DNA of 37,980 nt. Origin: Myxococcales bacterium. Its GTDB lineage: Bacteria; Myxococcota_A; UBA9042; JAGQJP01. Made by a program: the position numbers and the translations under genes. Under the pieces are notes generated by a model. It searched no databases and was not told the DNA's origin. It worked only from the letters and a program-made list of their open reading frames with translations. The stretch lies in contig JAGQJP010000468.1 in assembly GCA_020430585.1 (NCBI GenBank), forward strand, positions 1-37,980. Direction: 5' to 3'. Shown in pieces: positions 35,674 to 37,980 of the stretch. Position 1 is the first letter of the stretch. Every line of letters begins with the position of its first letter.

Positions 35674-36690
35674 TCAGAGGTTATTTTCCCGCACGAGCAG
35701 CTCGGCGATCTGAACGGCATTCAGCGCGGCGCCCTTGCGCAGGTTGTCGGAGACGACCCAGAGGTTGATCACGTTTGCCCGCGTGGGATCGCGACGGATC
35801 CGCCCAACGAACACGTCGTCGGTCGAGGGGCATTCGATCGGCACGGGGTACCCATTCTCTTTTGGATCGTCGACGAGCACCACACCTGGGGCCGCCCGCA
35901 GCAGCTCCCGCACTTGATTGACGGTCAGCGGCTTTTCCAGATCGAGGTTGACCGCCTCCGAGTGCCCGCAGAATACGGGAACGCGCACCGCCGTCGGGCT
36001 CACCTCGATCGTATCGTCGCCCATGATCTTACGCGTCTCGTGGACGAGCTTCATCTCTTCGTCGGTGTAGCCGTTGTCGAGGAAGCTGCCGATGTGGGGC
36101 ACGCAGTTGAAGGCGAGCTGCTTGTGGTGCACCTTGATCTCGAAGGGCTTCTGGTTCAGGATCGCCACGGTCTGGTCGGCGAGCTCGTCCATCCCCTTTT
36201 TGCCCGCGCCTGACGCGCTCTGGTACGTCGAGACGACGATGCGCCTGATCCGCGCCGCCTTGTGAATCGGCGCGAGGGCGACGACCATCTGGATCGTCGA
36301 GCAATTCGGGTTGGCAATGATCCCTTTGTGGGTCAACGCCGCCTCTGGATTCACTTCGGGAACCAGCAGGGGGACCGAATCGTCCATCCGCCAAGCGCTC
36401 GAGTTGTCGATCACCACGGCGCCCGCCTTGGCAGCGATCGGGGCGAACTGACGCGACGTGGAGCCGCCCGCCGAAAAGAGGGCGATCTCGACGCCCTCGA
36501 AAGAGTCGGCGGTCAACTGTTTGATCGTGTAGGGCGCGTCGCGAAACGTCAGCTTCTCTCCCGCGCTCCGCTCGGAGGCGAGCAGGGTCAGCTGGCCGAC
36601 AGGAAAATCGCGCTGCTCGAGGGTCTCGAGCATTTCGCGACCCACAGCGCCCGAGGCGCCGACAACCGCAACATGGAAGGTTCTGGTCAT
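35674..36690 (-). CDS. asd: aspartate-semialdehyde dehydrogenase
   Basis: VAVVGASGAVGREM, the active-site context NPNCSTI, and SGAGKKGMDEL; 338 aa. Confidence 0.95.
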   Translation of the reverse strand: MTRTFHVAVVGASGAVGREMLETLEQRDFPVGQLTLLASERSAGEKLTFRDAPYTIKQLTADSFEGVEIALFSAGGSTSRQFAPIAAKAGAVVIDNSSAWRMDDSVPLLVPEVNPEAALTHKGIIANPNCSTIQMVVALAPIHKAARIRRIVVSTYQSASGAGKKGMDELADQTVAILNQKPFEIKVHHKQLAFNCVPHIGSFLDNGYTDEEMKLVHETRKIMGDDTIEVSPTAVRVPVFCGHSEAVNLDLEKPLTVNQVRELLRAAPGVVLVDDPKENGYPVPIECPSTDDVFVGRIRRDPTRANVINLWVVSDNLRKGAALNAVQIAELLVRENNL

Positions 36691-36731
36691 AATAGAGCTC
36701 CGCGTCTCATGGTCCGTAGACAGACTGACAA

Positions 36732-36761
36732 ATCTTAGAGGCAGAACCTCAACGCTGTCAA
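36732..36761 (-). promoter_or_regulatory. candidate sigma70 promoter for asd (TTGACA-18-TAAGAT on the minus strand)
   Basis: Perfect -35 and 4/6 -10, about 40 nt upstream of the ATG. GGAG RBS present. Confidence 0.4.
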
Positions 36762-36864
36762 CGTCCTTGAAACGTGGCTCTTGGAGCTGAGCCCCTCTTT
36801 CTGCTAGGATGAGAGACAGAGCCGCGAGCAGCTCACCCTTCGCGCCTCGGATGGAGCCGATTCG

Positions 36865-37824
36865 ATGCGACTTTCAAGCGTCAGACGCGTTGTTGTGCGC
36901 TCGCTCTTAGCGCTGGGCCGGCTTGCGCCCGCCGCAGCGCCTGCGCTGACGCTTCGCTGCGCCGAGATCTATCGCAACGACGGCTCCCTCGGCGCCGCCT
37001 ACGCGCTCTATCAAGAATATTTTCGCAGCGGCGCCATCGATGCGCGGGCGTATCTCGGCGTTGGTCGACTCTGGCTCGAAAAGGGCCAGCTCGCTCCTGC
37101 CCTCAGCGCGTTGACTCGGGCGCGGCAGCTCGATCCAGCGAACGCCGATACCCTCTTCTCGCTCGGCAACCTCTACTTCGAGCTCCAGCGTTACGACGAC
37201 GCGATCCGCAGCTATCGCGTCGCGCTCGCCTGCGATCCCCGTGACATTCGTGTGATCTACAATTTGGGGCACGCGTTGAGCCGCGCCGAGCGCACAGACG
37301 ATGCCCTCGAGGCCTTTCGGCGCGTGATCGCCGAGAGCCCGAAGTACTACAAAGCGCACTTCATGGTCGGCTATCTCCTCGCGCGCAGCGGGGACGTGGA
37401 GCAGGCGATCGAGGCCTACCTCGACACCCTGCGGATTCGCCCCGATTACGAGCGGGCACACTACAACCTCGGGAACTGCCAGGTCAAGCTCGGACGCGTC
37501 GACAAGGCGATGAAGGCCTATCTTCGCACGATCGATCTGAACCCGGGCTACGGCAAAGCCTATCTTGCGCTCGGACAGCTCTACCTGATGCAAGGCGACA
37601 CGCAGGGGGCGATCTCGGCGTTCGTCAGCGCGATGTACTGCTCGCCGATGTTGACCGAAACCCACTTCCATCTGGCCCAGGCCTATGAGCGCATCGGTCG
37701 CTATCGCGACGCGATCAAAGAGTACGAAGCGTTCTTGCGAGCCAACCGCGTCTCGGAGATTATCGCCCACGTCCGGGCTCGCATCGAGGAGATCGCGATG
37801 AAGCTCAGCCCCAGTCCGATTTGA
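36865..37824 (+). CDS. tetratricopeptide (TPR) repeat protein
   Basis: Repeated 34-aa units of A..Y..AL..DP....A...LG pattern (for example DAIRSYRVALACDPRDIRVIYNLGHAL). 319 aa. Confidence 0.85.
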   Translation: MRLSSVRRVVVRSLLALGRLAPAAAPALTLRCAEIYRNDGSLGAAYALYQEYFRSGAIDARAYLGVGRLWLEKGQLAPALSALTRARQLDPANADTLFSLGNLYFELQRYDDAIRSYRVALACDPRDIRVIYNLGHALSRAERTDDALEAFRRVIAESPKYYKAHFMVGYLLARSGDVEQAIEAYLDTLRIRPDYERAHYNLGNCQVKLGRVDKAMKAYLRTIDLNPGYGKAYLALGQLYLMQGDTQGAISAFVSAMYCSPMLTETHFHLAQAYERIGRYRDAIKEYEAFLRANRVSEIIAHVRARIEEIAMKLSPSPI

Positions 37825-37838
37825 AGGAACCGATCGAG

Positions 37839-37980
37839 ATGGCCAACCGCATGTTGCGCGCCGTGGCGCTTGGTGTTCTTCTGCTGGCGCTGCAGGTCGG
37901 CGGTTGCGCCTCGTCGTCGACAGCCTCGGAGGCGGGCGACACGACGGCCGCGAGCGACACGACGGCCGCGAGCGACACGA
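37839..37980 (+). CDS. lipoprotein, 5' fragment (continues beyond the window)
   Basis: MANRMLRAVALGVLLLALQVGGC (lipobox), followed by a Ser/Thr/Ala/Asp-rich repeat linker. Confidence 0.6.
   Translation, partial: MANRMLRAVALGVLLLALQVGGCASSSTASEAGDTTAASDTTAASDT
37938..37980 (+). repeat. 18-bp in-frame tandem repeat GACACGACGGCCGCGAGC (2 full copies + 7 nt), encoding DTTAAS
   Basis: Read directly at the window edge; the copy number beyond the window is unknown. Confidence 0.85.

Noticed and set aside
37938-37980. Tandem repeat as the start of a CRISPR array
   Set aside because: The repeats are 18 bp, directly adjacent with no spacers, and in-frame inside a lipoprotein CDS.

Overview
High-GC bacterial chromosomal window (GC judged by eye at low-to-mid 60s %, not computed). 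The gene content suggests Myxococcota or a related deltaproteobacteria-like lineage; this is inference only. It rests on tandem BMC-P vertex genes plus an aldolase with an encapsulation-peptide-like tail (as I recall for Haliangium-type BMC satellite loci), many lipoproteins, an NtrC-type sigma54 activator, PspA/IM30, and a surface-protein/beta-barrel OMP pair. I call about 38 protein-coding genes. Most other six-frame ORFs are GC-driven shadow ORFs or upstream read-through extensions of real genes, so several starts were moved inward. The housekeeping backbone is xseA, a class I aminotransferase, coaD, rsmD, ribF, aroE, a pabB-like gene, dCMP deaminase, pspA, pssA, truA and asd. I saw no rRNA, tRNA, CRISPR array, transposase, integrase or phage genes. 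Parts worth a second look: (1) a minus-strand operon of a 427-aa Pro/Lys-rich membrane protein, a DUF692 (MbnB/BufB-like) protein that seems to have lost nearly all metal-ligand residues, and DUF2063, with no Cys-rich precursor gene; (2) divergent from it, two BMC-P genes plus an EP-tailed class II aldolase with no BMC-H/T genes, packed tightly with xseA and an orphan sigma54 response regulator; (3) a consensus sigma54 promoter (TGGCAC-N5-TTGC) with upstream palindromes in front of a secreted EF-hand alpha/beta hydrolase; (4) a ParA-like ATPase / uncharacterized 355-aa protein / CPBP (Abi) protease cluster; (5) an NTPase-TPR regulator ending in an OmpR/SARP-type winged helix; (6) an FN3 surface protein with a CF[VI]ATA C-terminal module coupled to a beta-barrel OMP. 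All family calls come from motif recognition by eye and need HMM or BLAST confirmation.
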